A DNA stretch of 64,000 nt from Candidatus Nanoarchaeia archaeon (GCA_036514715.1 DATBWR010000011.1:48102-112101); one strand, 5' to 3'; counted from the stretch's first letter, positions 47,595 through 58,270 are shown. Notes: a model not told the origin generated them from the sequence alone. Made by a program: numbers and translations.

Positions 47595-48598
47595 TTAAAA
47601 ACTACCTTCTCGGAAAGTCTGCCCTTAACGATTTCGCCAATAACGTAAACCCTCTCTCCTCGCCCTGATAGGAAATTTATAATTTTATCAATTATTTTAT
47701 TGCTTGCGATGCCGATCATTCCTAACCCCATATTAAAAGTGTTTCTCATCTCCCGATCGCTAACCCCACCTCTTGTTTGCATTTCTTGAAAAATGTCAAG
47801 AGGCGGCCAACTATCCTTTTTCACTTGCGCTGCTAGACCATCTGGAATGATCTTACCAAGCTTTCCCACAATTCCACCACCCGTAATATGAGCCCATCCA
47901 TGGATATCAAAAACTTGATTGGCTTCCAAAACCGGCTTCACGTAGATCTTAGTTGGCTCAATAATTTGGGAACGGAGCTTGTAGTTTCTTTTAACGGTTT
48001 GGGGAGACAAAACTTTTCTTATTAAGGAAAAACCGTTGCTGTGAACTCCAGAAGAAGCTAAGCCAAAGATAACATCCCCTTCTTGAATTTTTTCTCCGGT
48101 TATCAACCTATTTCTCTCAAAAACACCAACCGCAAAACCAGCTAAATCGTACTCACCTTGTTCATAAAAATCCGGCATTTCAGCAGTTTCTCCTGTAGTG
48201 TAAACACAACCTGCTTGTAAACAACCAGCCACTACTCCTTCAACTACTTCGGCCATAACTTTCGGATTGATCTTACCGGTTGCACGATAGAGGGCAAAAC
48301 CTAATGGGGTAATATTGTTACGAGCCAAGTCGTTGACACACATGGCTACTACATCCACACCAACAGCTCGGTTTTCCTTCAAAGAGGAAGCGTATTTGAG
48401 TTTAGTACCAACTCCGTCGGCTGCTAAAGCCAGCATTGGCTCACGCAAACCCTTAAAATCAGCTTTTAGTCCCACAACGTGATCCACAAGGACCGCGTTT
48501 TTGTTAAAGGTCTTTGAAAGCTGTCTAAAAGCCTCAGAGCTCGCCTTATCACCGGCTTGAACGTCAACTCCAGCTGATTTGTAAGTTAGCCTCTTCAT
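47591..48598 (-). CDS. purM: phosphoribosylformylglycinamidine cyclo-ligase
   Basis: YKSAGVD, DGVGTK, GETAEMP, HSNGFSL and HITGGG. Confidence 0.96.
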   Translation of the reverse strand: MKRLTYKSAGVDVQAGDKASSEAFRQLSKTFNKNAVLVDHVVGLKADFKGLREPMLALAADGVGTKLKYASSLKENRAVGVDVVAMCVNDLARNNITPLGFALYRATGKINPKVMAEVVEGVVAGCLQAGCVYTTGETAEMPDFYEQGEYDLAGFAVGVFERNRLITGEKIQEGDVIFGLASSGVHSNGFSLIRKVLSPQTVKRNYKLRSQIIEPTKIYVKPVLEANQVFDIHGWAHITGGGIVGKLGKIIPDGLAAQVKKDSWPPLDIFQEMQTRGGVSDREMRNTFNMGLGMIGIASNKIIDKIINFLSGRGERVYVIGEIVKGRLSEKVVFK

Positions 48599-48659
48599 AG
48601 ATAAACCAATATATTTCATTCGGCGGCAAAAGAAAAGACGCTTGAAGGGTTTTCAAGCG

Positions 48660-49346
48660 TCAACGGACTGGGTATCTGTCTCTGGCTTCCTTTTTTAGGG
48701 TTTCCAGAAGCTCCCTTTCTTCTTGGGTGCGGGCTAGCTGCGACACCAGGTAGGTCTTGAGATTACCACGAGCAATCCGATGCAGGGCTTCAATCTGCAC
48801 CTCATGTTCAATGGGTAAAAGAGCCCTCGCAACCTCTTCCGGGGTCTCCCCAAGTTTCCACCAAGCTTCGTAGCGCACAAAGAGAACGTCTCCCTTATCA
48901 TACTCCTGATGGACCTTTTGGCAAAAAATAGGTATTGGCCACTTTTTACCCGTCGCCTCACAAAAACGCATGTGGGTGTAAACCCTGCGGATCCCGTACA
49001 TCCAGCGACCGCCATGACCTAGGTGCTGGTTCAGGCCATTGTAGCGAAGTATGACCTCTTTTGGAGTCTGGGGCATCCAACCCAGCTGGTGAAAGTAGTC
49101 AAGCTCGTAACGGCCAAAAATCCTCAATAGCTGGCTGGTTAAGTCTCCCTCAGGGTCAGCAACGTATGTATCTTCTTTGGGAAAACCCCTCTCAACGATC
49201 AGGTCCAAACCACCTTTTTCCGGAGCGCTAGTCACGACTGCCACAGTTTTGACAAGCCCGTGAAGTAGTTGACCAGGCTGCTGGGCTTCCCAAACTGCAG
49301 CGCTGGTTGATCCTCCACCAGAAATGAGGTGGATAGTTTCTATCAT
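48660..49346 (-). CDS. purN: GAR transformylase-like formyltransferase (divergent)
   Basis: LISGGGST, LGWM, NQH, YDKG and EH; adjacent to purM. Confidence 0.75.
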   Translation of the reverse strand: MIETIHLISGGGSTSAAVWEAQQPGQLLHGLVKTVAVVTSAPEKGGLDLIVERGFPKEDTYVADPEGDLTSQLLRIFGRYELDYFHQLGWMPQTPKEVILRYNGLNQHLGHGGRWMYGIRRVYTHMRFCEATGKKWPIPIFCQKVHQEYDKGDVLFVRYEAWWKLGETPEEVARALLPIEHEVQIEALHRIARGNLKTYLVSQLARTQEERELLETLKKEARDRYPVR

Positions 49347-49438
49347 GATCTGTCTCCTTAAATTACTTGATCTAGCTTAACAAACTACCCAACAAAAGAA
49401 AAGACACCTTACACTATGTTAGAATGTTGCTCCAAAGT

Positions 49439-49515
49439 GGGCATTTAGCTCAGTTGGTTAGAGCGTTGCATTCACATTGCAAAGGTCGCTGGTTCGAATC
49501 CAGCAATGCCCACCA
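49439..49515 (+). tRNA. tRNA-Val(CAC)
   Basis: TTGCA-TTCACAT-TGCAA arm; CCA. Confidence 0.96.
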
Positions 49516-49580
49516 TTTACACTCCTTGCGCGCAACGAAGCTGGTCAGTATAATTAAACTTGTCTTTTTTTACGCTTACT

Positions 49581-50159
49581 ATGCTAGAAGAAAAAACTTC
49601 GTTTTGGGCACTGGTTATTGATGTTGTCGAAACCGTCGTCGTCGCGGCGGCGATTTTTGTGGTGGTTTATCTTTTCCTTTTGCAACCCCACCAAGTAAAA
49701 GGTGCTTCAATGAAACCAAATTTCCACGATGGGGAATACATTTTAACTGATAAGGTTTCTTACCGTTTTTCCGAACCCCAAAGGGGTGACGTGATTATTT
49801 TTAAATCGCCAACTGACCCGGATGTAGATTTTATCAAAAGAATAATTGCCTTACCAGGAGAGAGGGTTAAAATTGCCGGCGGTAAAGTAACTATCTTTAA
49901 CGACCAAAACCCAAACGGCCTAACTTTAAACGAACCTTACCAGACTAACGGTTCCACTTCCGCTGGAAAAGAAGCTCCTGACAACACTGAAGTAACTATT
50001 GATAAAGATGAGTATTTTGTTCTGGGAGACAATCGGGTGGAAAGTTTTGACTCTCGAAGCTGGGGGGCCCTACCTAAGAAAAACATTATCGGTAAAGCTT
50101 GGCTGCGTTACTGGCCCTTTTCTAAACTGGGCTTTGTTAAGCACTATCAGTATAAGTGA
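49581..50159 (+). CDS. lepB: signal peptidase I (Ser-Lys type)
   Basis: GASMKP, FIKRII and GDNRVESFDSR. Confidence 0.95.
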   Translation: MLEEKTSFWALVIDVVETVVVAAAIFVVVYLFLLQPHQVKGASMKPNFHDGEYILTDKVSYRFSEPQRGDVIIFKSPTDPDVDFIKRIIALPGERVKIAGGKVTIFNDQNPNGLTLNEPYQTNGSTSAGKEAPDNTEVTIDKDEYFVLGDNRVESFDSRSWGALPKKNIIGKAWLRYWPFSKLGFVKHYQYK

Positions 50160-50161
50160 GT

Positions 50162-50959
50162 CTAGACAGTTAACCTTCTGTAGATATTTGCAAGCTCCTC
50201 GTCGGTTTTGAAAATTAAAAGTAGCCTACCACCACGAGAGGATTTAAGAAGCTTAGTCTTACAACCAGTCGAAGAGGCGATTTCTTCCTCAACTCTAGCC
50301 ACATCTGGAGTGTGTTCGTACTCCCGAGCAGTTCTGGGTTTGATATCGCTTGCCGATTTAAGTCTTCTAACTAACTCCTCGGTTGAACGCACGCCTAAGT
50401 TTTCGCTTAGAATTTGCTTATAAGCTTGGAGCATGAGGTTGATATCCTCCAAACCGAGCAAGGCTTTGGCATGACCTTCGGTGATAGAGCTCGACAACAA
50501 CCCATCCTTCAAAGCATCCGGTAGTTCTAACAATCGCAAGGTGTTGGAAACGTAAGGTCCGCTTTTACCAACTCGTTGACCCACTTCAGTGGCGGTCAAC
50601 CCAAATTCATCAATGAGCCTCTTGTAGGCTTGGGAACGCTCTAGGGGGTTTAAATCCACTCTCTGCACGTTTTCTACAATCGCCATTTCCAGCATTCCTT
50701 GGGGAGTAGTCTCCCGAATGATTACCGACAGTCTGGTTAAGCCGGCAAGCTTTGCAGCTCTCCAGCGTCGCTCGCCAGCAATAATCTGATAACCAGCCGG
50801 AGTTTTGGCGACAATTAGCGGTTCGAGAACTCCGTGTTCACGGATTGATTCAGCTAGCTCTACCAAAGTATCTGGCAAAATTTGCCCACGGGGTTGGAGG
50901 GGGTTAGGCTGAAGGGCATCAATATCTAGTTCTGTAGCTTCCGTGTTCTCAACTTCCAT
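50162..50959 (-). CDS. parB: ParB/Spo0J partition protein
   Basis: NPLQPR, IAGERRWRA and ENVQRVDL. Confidence 0.96.
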   Translation of the reverse strand: MEVENTEATELDIDALQPNPLQPRGQILPDTLVELAESIREHGVLEPLIVAKTPAGYQIIAGERRWRAAKLAGLTRLSVIIRETTPQGMLEMAIVENVQRVDLNPLERSQAYKRLIDEFGLTATEVGQRVGKSGPYVSNTLRLLELPDALKDGLLSSSITEGHAKALLGLEDINLMLQAYKQILSENLGVRSTEELVRRLKSASDIKPRTAREYEHTPDVARVEEEIASSTGCKTKLLKSSRGGRLLLIFKTDEELANIYRRLTV

Positions 50960-51222
50960 TAGGAACTTTCTGTTGGGCTCACCTCAACAAATTTCTTTCC
51001 AAGTTTGGTCTTAACGTTCAAAGTCCCGCTTACTTTAGCAAATAAGGTGTGGTCCCTACCGCGAGCAACTCCATCTCCTTCGTGAAAGTTAGTCCCTTTT
51101 TGCCGCAAAATTACCTCCCCGGCGGAAACTGACTGACCTCCAAAAATTTTGAAGCCCAGTCTCTTGCCGGCAACATTGCCACCTTGTCTTGCTTTAGAAC
51201 CACCTGCTTTTTTATGAGCCAT
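50959..51222 (-). CDS. rpmA: 50S ribosomal protein L27
   Basis: [17 protein letters not shown]. Confidence 0.97.
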   Translation of the reverse strand: MAHKKAGGSKARQGGNVAGKRLGFKIFGGQSVSAGEVILRQKGTNFHEGDGVARGRDHTLFAKVSGTLNVKTKLGKKFVEVSPTESS

Positions 51223-51240
51223 TTAATTAAACAATTATTA

Positions 51241-51552
51241 TTAACTGCCGATTTTGTCTATCCGTACCACAGTTAGCTTTTGACGATGACCGGTTTTTTT
51301 GTGGTAACCGGTTTTAGCCTTGTATTTAAAAACAGAAATCTTTTTACCCTTGGCTTGATCAACTACAGTCGCCTTAACCTTGATTGGAAGTTTGTCTTTG
51401 CCAATCTCAACTTTATCACCATCTACGGCAAGTAATACCTCGTCAAACTCTACGGGTTTACCTTTTTCGACAGGTAGTTTCTCAATTTTTATTTGCTGAC
51501 CAACGGAAACTTTATACTGCTTACCGCCGGTTCTAATGACCGCGTAGTTCAC
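51241..51552 (-). CDS. rplU: 50S ribosomal protein L21
   Basis: YAVIRTGGKQYKV and GHRQ; GTG start. Confidence 0.96.
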   Translation of the reverse strand: MNYAVIRTGGKQYKVSVGQQIKIEKLPVEKGKPVEFDEVLLAVDGDKVEIGKDKLPIKVKATVVDQAKGKKISVFKYKAKTGYHKKTGHRQKLTVVRIDKIGS

Positions 51553-51638
51553 GAACGTAATGATATAGGCTAAACTCTTCCCTGTCAACTGGCTCTCTTT
51601 ACAAGCAGACAGTATCACACCAGCCACTAAAAACAGGC

Positions 51639-52733
51639 TTAGTTTTGATCAAAACCTCCAAACTTTTTGTGTAAATGCACTGACTCTGCTAGTGCGATCA
51701 AAATCATCATTGACACAAGAGAGCTGCCACCGAAAGAAACAAAAGGCAGGGTAATGCCGGTAATCGGCAAAAGCCCCATGTTCATACCAGCGTTAACAAA
51801 AACTTGGGAGGCAATGATAAGGCTAGCTCCGTAGCAGATAAAAGAGCCAGCCCTACTTTGAGCACTGGCCCCAATTGAAAGCAACCGCCAAATTAAAACT
51901 CCAAACAAAACTAGAATTAGTAAAACTCCTACGAACCCCAGTTCCTCTGCAGTCGTCGCAAAAATAAAATCGGTTTTTTGTTCAGGCAGAAAGTTTAGAT
52001 GGCTTTGAGTACCACGCCCAAAACCTCTGCCCAAAAACTGACCGCTGCCAACGGCAATTATTGACTGGACCAGGTTGTAACCTGATCCCAATGGATCTAC
52101 CGAAGGGTTTAAGAAACTCAGCAGTCTTTCTTTTTGATAATCCTTAAGGAGGTTAAAGATAAGAGGCAGGCTGACCAAACCAAAAGTAAGAAGAGCTAAA
52201 AAATGCCTAAATTTAATGCCTGTCACATAAATGAGACCAAGCCAAAACAAGGCCAAAATTAGCGAACTTCCCAAATCCGGTTGGACGAAAATAAATAAGG
52301 TTGGTAATAACACTAGCGCAAGCGACAAAAGTACATTACGAATTTTAGAAGGTGAAAACCTAAGAAAAAAAGCGGTCAAGGTCAAAGTTAAAACAGGCTT
52401 TGCTAGTTCAGAAGGCTGCAGAGTAAAAAACCCAAAGTCAATCCAACGAGTTGACCCGCGGGTTTCAATACCCAAAATAAAGGTAACTAAGAGTAGTAAA
52501 ACTAATAAGCTGTACAAAAACCAAGCTGAGTTTAAAAGAAAACGGTAGTTAAGAAAGATGACCAAAAATCCAAAGAATAGTCCAACCAAAATATAAACTA
52601 GCTCCCGTACGACAAAACTAAATTGATCTACTTCCCCAACTGAAGTGCTGAAAACCATAAAGACACCGATAACGGTTAGCAGAAAAGTTGAGAGCAAAAG
52701 TAACCAATCTAGGCTGAAAATAATTTTCCGCAT
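51639..52733 (-). CDS. rodA: rod shape-determining SEDS glycosyltransferase
   Basis: QPSELAK, QPDLG, LPEQKTDFIF and GITLPFVSFGGSS. Confidence 0.93.
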   Translation of the reverse strand: MRKIIFSLDWLLLLSTFLLTVIGVFMVFSTSVGEVDQFSFVVRELVYILVGLFFGFLVIFLNYRFLLNSAWFLYSLLVLLLLVTFILGIETRGSTRWIDFGFFTLQPSELAKPVLTLTLTAFFLRFSPSKIRNVLLSLALVLLPTLFIFVQPDLGSSLILALFWLGLIYVTGIKFRHFLALLTFGLVSLPLIFNLLKDYQKERLLSFLNPSVDPLGSGYNLVQSIIAVGSGQFLGRGFGRGTQSHLNFLPEQKTDFIFATTAEELGFVGVLLILVLFGVLIWRLLSIGASAQSRAGSFICYGASLIIASQVFVNAGMNMGLLPITGITLPFVSFGGSSLVSMMILIALAESVHLHKKFGGFDQN

Positions 52734-52740
52734 GGGAGTT

Positions 52741-55602
52741 CTAGAGGCGAGTAATTTTTATTGATCCACCCTGTTTTAATTCTTTGGCTAAAGTTTCCTT
52801 TTTGATAAGTTCAGTAAAGGTAGCTGGCCATGAAGGTAGAGTAACGGAAACCGTCTCATCAAGGCGGCAGTTGGCGATCTTTCTCTCTTCCTGAACAGAA
52901 CGGATAAGTTCACGAGCCTCTCCCTCAAGTCGAAGCTGTTCGTTTAAAGTGGTATCGAGCAAGATTTTCTCCTTTAGTTTAGCATCGAAAATTATTTCTT
53001 TGACGTTAACTTCTTCGGCAAGCAAAAACTCGACTTCCTTGGAGAGCTCCTGGCCTCCATAGCTAGCCGACTGCAACGGCTGACGAACTTTGATATTCTC
53101 TAGTTTTCTTGCTGAATGCATTTTACTAGCTATTCCCATTGCCAGAGTCATCTCTTCCTCCAAATCGTTATCAATTAGGTAAGGACTTTGGGGCCAATCT
53201 TCAAGATGGACAGAAAGCCTGTCAGTTAAGTTGCGATAAATACTTTCAGTGGTGAAGGGTATAAAGGGAGCCAAAATTTTTGAAACAGTGGTGACAACTA
53301 CCCAAAGAGTTTGATAGGCATCAGACTTGTCTTTACCTTCTTTCACTGTTGGGCCAATTCGGTTGCGTATTCTGCGCACGTACCAGTTGGAAAGATCATC
53401 AACCACAAAACTTTCCGCGAGCGAGGCAGCGCGAGAGGCATCGTATTCTTCCAAAGCGGTCTTAATATTTTCAGCACAAGAAGTGAGCCGCGATAAAATC
53501 CATTTATCCAAAGTGTACTTTGGAAAAAAGCCCACTTCCTCGGGTTTCCAGCCTTCTATGCGTGCATAATTTACTAAAAAGACGTAAACGTTCCAAAGAC
53601 GCAGGTGGAAAAAACGTCGTACTTCATCAGCTACATGATACCCAAAATTAACATTATTCTCCGGGTTTGTGCGCAGATAAAGCCAACGCATCACGTCCAC
53701 GCCCATTTTTTCAGCGGCGCTGTCAAACCAAATGGCGTTGCCTTTGGATTTGTGCATTTCCTCTCCTTTTTCGTCGCGTACTTGTCCATGACCCAAGAGA
53801 GTTTTAAACGGCGCAACCTCTTCCAGAGCCACTGACATGGCAATTAAAGAGTAAAACCAGTTTTTAAATTGACCAGGAAAGGATTCGGTAATAAAATCAG
53901 CCGGAAACCACTCCTGCCAATAGGTTTTATCGTCAAAGTATTTTAAAGTCGAGAAAGGAACAATACCGGCGTCTAACCAAGGATTACCCACGTCGGCAAT
54001 TCGACTGGAAACTGCAGAGCACTTGGAACATTTGATTTTAACCTGGTCCACCCAAGGACGGTGAGGAGACTTACCTCTGAAGGTGTCGAAACCACTGACT
54101 GCCTTTTTTTCCAGTTCATCCCTAGAGCCAATAACTTCAAAATTACCACAATGCAAACACTCCCAAATCGGCAATGCCAAGCCCCAGTAACGTTTCTTGG
54201 AAATTAACCAATCATGCATATTCTCGAGCCAATCCAGCTCCCTCTCGTAACCCCATTTTGGTAGCCAATTAACTTTTTTAATCGCCTCTTTCATCAACTG
54301 CCGGTAAGTTTTACCTACTTCTGGGTCTTTTCGATCCATGGCTATGTACCACTCATCCACTAACCGCCAAACAAGCTCGGTCTTGCAACGCCAACAGGTT
54401 GGATAGCGGTGTTTGTAATTTTCGTCCCTAAAGAAAAACTTTCCGTTTTCTTGTTCTTGCAAATAGTCCAAAATAAGCTCTGGGTGTTTTTTAGCGTTCT
54501 GGCCACTAAATTCTCCAAACCCGAGAAGGTAATTTGCTTCTTCGTCGATTAATTCAATAACTGGCAAATTAAATTCTTTAGAGAGTTTAAAGTCCTCTTC
54601 ACCTGCACTAGGAGCAATATGGACGATCCCAGTACCTTCTTCCTGGGTAACTAAATCAGCCCCGTCGATAACGGTGTGTTTCTCTGCCCCTAAGGCTTTT
54701 TTAACTGCTGCCAGATGGTCAAACGGTCCTTGATAAGTAGCTTTAAGCAAATCTCTACCCTTAAAGGATTTAGTTGCCTTTAAACCTAAAGCTTTCAGCC
54801 TCTTTTTCATTACAACCAATTTTTCTTTGGTAAGCGCGTAATCTTCTTTGGGGTTAACGGCAACTGCTACGTTGCCGAGAACTGTCCAAGGGGTAGTCGT
54901 CCAAACAAGCAGAGAGTTACCTTTGAATTTGCCGCCCCTTAGGAGCAGTTTAAAAAAGACTGCTTTGTGAACTACTTCTTGATACTCTTCAGTTAAAATC
55001 TCGTGTTGGGAAATGGCAGTTCCGCAACGCGGGCACCAGGCAACTGTGTCGCGGCCTTTGTAAAGCCAACCTTTATCGTTAACAGTTTTTAAATAGTGCC
55101 AAATTGCATAATTGTTTTCATCAGAAGAAGTGTGGTAGGAATTAGCCCAATCCATAAAATAGCCTAAGCGCCTGCTCTGCTGGGTCTGGACTTGGGAATA
55201 TTTTTTAACCCTTTCTTTGCAGAGGTTGACGAACTCGGCAATTGAGGCAAAAACATCTCCGGCAACTAAGTTCTCAATATCTTTTTTAGTTTTAAGTGCC
55301 AGTTCCTTTTCGACCTCAACTTCTACCCATAACCCTTGCTCATCAAAGCCGTTTTGGAAACGCTGTCTTTTTCCCAACATGTTATTGAAGCGTTGCCAAA
55401 GATCTTTGTAAGTTCTTCCCCAAGCGTGGTGAACCCCCATTGGGTTATTGGCAGTAATTGGACCATCAATAAAAGAAAACTTCTCTTTAGAGTTTTTATT
55501 TTTAGCTAGATATTTTTTGAGAATCTGGTTTTTGTTCCAGTAGTCGAGGATTTCTCTTTCCAGTGCCGGAAAGTCGGTTTTTGGCGAAACTTCTTTAAAC
55601 AT
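52741..55602 (-). CDS. ileS: isoleucine--tRNA ligase, type 2-like
   Basis: DGPITAN, GVHH (HIGH variant), WTTTPWT and EMHKS (KMSKS variant). Confidence 0.93.
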   Translation of the reverse strand: MFKEVSPKTDFPALEREILDYWNKNQILKKYLAKNKNSKEKFSFIDGPITANNPMGVHHAWGRTYKDLWQRFNNMLGKRQRFQNGFDEQGLWVEVEVEKELALKTKKDIENLVAGDVFASIAEFVNLCKERVKKYSQVQTQQSRRLGYFMDWANSYHTSSDENNYAIWHYLKTVNDKGWLYKGRDTVAWCPRCGTAISQHEILTEEYQEVVHKAVFFKLLLRGGKFKGNSLLVWTTTPWTVLGNVAVAVNPKEDYALTKEKLVVMKKRLKALGLKATKSFKGRDLLKATYQGPFDHLAAVKKALGAEKHTVIDGADLVTQEEGTGIVHIAPSAGEEDFKLSKEFNLPVIELIDEEANYLLGFGEFSGQNAKKHPELILDYLQEQENGKFFFRDENYKHRYPTCWRCKTELVWRLVDEWYIAMDRKDPEVGKTYRQLMKEAIKKVNWLPKWGYERELDWLENMHDWLISKKRYWGLALPIWECLHCGNFEVIGSRDELEKKAVSGFDTFRGKSPHRPWVDQVKIKCSKCSAVSSRIADVGNPWLDAGIVPFSTLKYFDDKTYWQEWFPADFITESFPGQFKNWFYSLIAMSVALEEVAPFKTLLGHGQVRDEKGEEMHKSKGNAIWFDSAAEKMGVDVMRWLYLRTNPENNVNFGYHVADEVRRFFHLRLWNVYVFLVNYARIEGWKPEEVGFFPKYTLDKWILSRLTSCAENIKTALEEYDASRAASLAESFVVDDLSNWYVRRIRNRIGPTVKEGKDKSDAYQTLWVVVTTVSKILAPFIPFTTESIYRNLTDRLSVHLEDWPQSPYLIDNDLEEEMTLAMGIASKMHSARKLENIKVRQPLQSASYGGQELSKEVEFLLAEEVNVKEIIFDAKLKEKILLDTTLNEQLRLEGEARELIRSVQEERKIANCRLDETVSVTLPSWPATFTELIKKETLAKELKQGGSIKITRL

Positions 55603-55680
55603 GATCAACATTCTCGCAAAAACCAAGCAAATTAACAAGACTAGGGGTTAGAGGAGGACCAAGACTATTTCTTCTCTGAA

Positions 55681-55938
55681 TCAGAAATCAAAAGTTTGTT
55701 GCTTGTCAGCCCGTGAGCGGCCTCCTTTACGCCCAATCTCTGAATAGAAAGCCTGACCGTGGCGACGGCGAACCTCTTCGCCACCTTTCTCTCCAATTCG
55801 CGAGTAGAAATCTGGACCGTAGTTTTGGCTAGTAGTCTTACCACCCTTTCGTCCGATTTCGGAGAAAAAGGAAGGCCCGTACTTCTTCTTTACCGCTAAT
55901 CCTCCTCTTCTACCTGCTTCTTTAGTGGTAATTGTCAT
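55681..55938 (-). CDS. KGG-repeat general stress protein (GsiB/YciG-like)
   Basis: Repeated FYSEIGRKGG. Confidence 0.9.
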   Translation of the reverse strand: MTITTKEAGRRGGLAVKKKYGPSFFSEIGRKGGKTTSQNYGPDFYSRIGEKGGEEVRRRHGQAFYSEIGRKGGRSRADKQQTFDF

Positions 55939-56092
55939 CAGCTTCACCTCCCTTCGGATCAAGTTATACTAAAGATGTTGGCAAATGTTACAACATTAAT
56001 ATAACTTTTGCCAATATTCTTGTCAAGCCCCTCTTGCTCTCTATTGCAACTACAGAAATCTTGTTGTACCATTTTGTTAGTACTTGGCTACT

Positions 56093-56404
56093 ATGGAAAA
56101 TAACGAAAACAAGCCATTGTTTACTTTATCAGTAACTGCAGAAATTATTGGAGTTCATCCCAGAACTTTGATGATTTACGAGAATGAAGACTTAGTTATC
56201 CCGCACCGGACTAAAACCAACCGCCGACGTTATTCCCAGAAAGACATCGCTAGGCTTCAGTTTATCCGTTATCTCACCAATAGAAAGGGTATAAATTTAG
56301 CTGGTGTCAGCACTATTCTCGCACTTTTGGAGATAGCGGGTAAAAAAGATTTAGATTTGAAAAAGATTTCCTTTTCAGATTTCCCTGAACAAAAAATGTT
56401 CTAG
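56093..56404 (+). CDS. MerR family regulator (HspR-like)
   Basis: AEIIGVHPRTLMIYE..RRYSQKD..GINLAGV. Confidence 0.9.
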   Translation: MENNENKPLFTLSVTAEIIGVHPRTLMIYENEDLVIPHRTKTNRRRYSQKDIARLQFIRYLTNRKGINLAGVSTILALLEIAGKKDLDLKKISFSDFPEQKMF

Positions 56405-56507
56405 CACCATAAGCTTGCTTGTTTGTTGTAGTTTAGCTCTTGTTTTGATAACCTTGGTATCAGTTTTAGTGATAGTTGGATTATCAACTCTTCCTCGAAC
56501 TCCTTGT

Positions 56508-58187
56508 CTACCCTCGCAAGGAGTTCTTTCTTTTTTGGGTAGTTTCAGCAAGCTCGGGACTACTAATTGCCGCTCTAACAAAACCTAAATACAGTGGATG
56601 GGGGAAAAGCGGATGGGACATAAATTCGGGGTGAGCCTGAGTGCCTACAAAGAAAGGGTGGTTAGGTAGCTCAACCATTTCAACCAACTTTCCGTTTGGT
56701 GAGGTGCCGGTCACCCTGAAACCTGCTTTTTCAAAATCCATCCGGTAACGGTTGTTAAATTCGTAACGGTGGCGGTGGCGCTCGGAAATTTCCTCTTGAC
56801 CGTAAAGTTTTCTCACCAAGGACCCTGCCTTCAGCTTACAACGAAACGATCCTAAACGCATCGTACCTCCGTATTCACGCCCAATTAAAAGCTTCTCTTG
56901 CTGGGGCATAATATGAATTACCGGGCAGGAACTGCCCTTTTCAATTTCCTCAGTTTGGGCAGTTTTCCATCCCAAAACGTTTCTGGCAAATTCCACAGTA
57001 GAGAGTTGCATACCGTAGCATAAGCCCAAATAAGGTATCTTATTAATGCGGGCAAACTCAATGGCGCTAATAATCCCTTCTACCCCTCTATTGCCAAAAC
57101 CACCCGGAACTACAATACCATCCACCTCTCTTAATTTCTCAAGTGATGAGGGATCCTTCTCAAATTTTTCACTATCAACCCAAAGAAGCTTAGGTTTAAC
57201 ATTCAAAGCCCAAGCTGCGTGTTTTAGCGACTCGATTACTGAAACATAGACATCTTCAAGTTGATAATCACCAGTACCAAAATACTTGCCAACAACCGCA
57301 ATTCTTACCTCTCGGCTAGCCCCATCAATTTTAGAAAGCAACTTTCTCCAGGGGCTTAGATCACGGCCTCCAACTTTTAAGCCTAACTTTTGCAAAACTC
57401 TGTCTCCCAAACCTTGCTCTTCTAAAATTATTGGCACTCGGTAAATTGTATCCACATCAGGATTGGAAATGACGTCGAGGGCATCAACGTTACAAAAAAG
57501 AGCCAGCCTCTCCTTACGACGTTGGTCTAAACGGTGTTCGCTCCTACCCACGATAATATCCGGCTGGATACCCATTGAGTTTAGGGTCCGCACTGACATC
57601 TGAACTGGCTTAGACTTCATTTCTCCTAAATAACCCGGGATGGGTAAGTAGGCAACATGAATTTGCAAAACATCATTTGGGTTTTTAAGCCTCATAATGC
57701 GGCTAGCTTCGAAGAAAATTGCGTTTTGATACTCACCAACTGTCCCCCCAAGTTCGATCAAGACAATCTCCGCTTCTCGAGCCTCTCCTGCCTCCTTAAT
57801 ACGACGGATAATCTCGTCAGTAATATGAGGGATCGCTTCCACATCTTCGCCGTCATATTCGAAGCTTCTTTCTTTGCGGATTACTTCTTGGTAAATTTGG
57901 CCAGTGGTAATATAGTTGACGCTAGTTAAGTTCTCGTTTAAAAAGCGCTCATAGTGGCCTAAATCTTGATCGGTTTCTACTCCGTCTTCAGTAACAAAAA
58001 CCTCACCGTGTTCTTGCGGGCGGATAGTTCCGGCATCAACGTTCAAGTACATATCAATCTTAACTGGAGAAACTCGGTAACCTTTACTTTTGAGAATGGC
58101 GCTAAGTGAAGCAGTGGTAATACCCTTACCAATTCCAGAAATCACACCGCCAGACACAAAGATGTACTTGGTGTTTACTTTTGGCAT
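56508..58187 (-). CDS. pyrG: CTP synthase
   Basis: GGVISGIGKG, GLCYGMQ, RHRHRYE and HPEF. Confidence 0.98.
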   Translation of the reverse strand: MPKVNTKYIFVSGGVISGIGKGITTASLSAILKSKGYRVSPVKIDMYLNVDAGTIRPQEHGEVFVTEDGVETDQDLGHYERFLNENLTSVNYITTGQIYQEVIRKERSFEYDGEDVEAIPHITDEIIRRIKEAGEAREAEIVLIELGGTVGEYQNAIFFEASRIMRLKNPNDVLQIHVAYLPIPGYLGEMKSKPVQMSVRTLNSMGIQPDIIVGRSEHRLDQRRKERLALFCNVDALDVISNPDVDTIYRVPIILEEQGLGDRVLQKLGLKVGGRDLSPWRKLLSKIDGASREVRIAVVGKYFGTGDYQLEDVYVSVIESLKHAAWALNVKPKLLWVDSEKFEKDPSSLEKLREVDGIVVPGGFGNRGVEGIISAIEFARINKIPYLGLCYGMQLSTVEFARNVLGWKTAQTEEIEKGSSCPVIHIMPQQEKLLIGREYGGTMRLGSFRCKLKAGSLVRKLYGQEEISERHRHRYEFNNRYRMDFEKAGFRVTGTSPNGKLVEMVELPNHPFFVGTQAHPEFMSHPLFPHPLYLGFVRAAISSPELAETTQKRKNSLRG

Positions 58188-58270
58188 CGAAAAAAGCCCC
58201 TTTGGGAGAGTAAGATTTGGGGCCCACCATTAGTATAGCAAGGAAGTAAGCAGACCTGTCAAGAGGAAAT

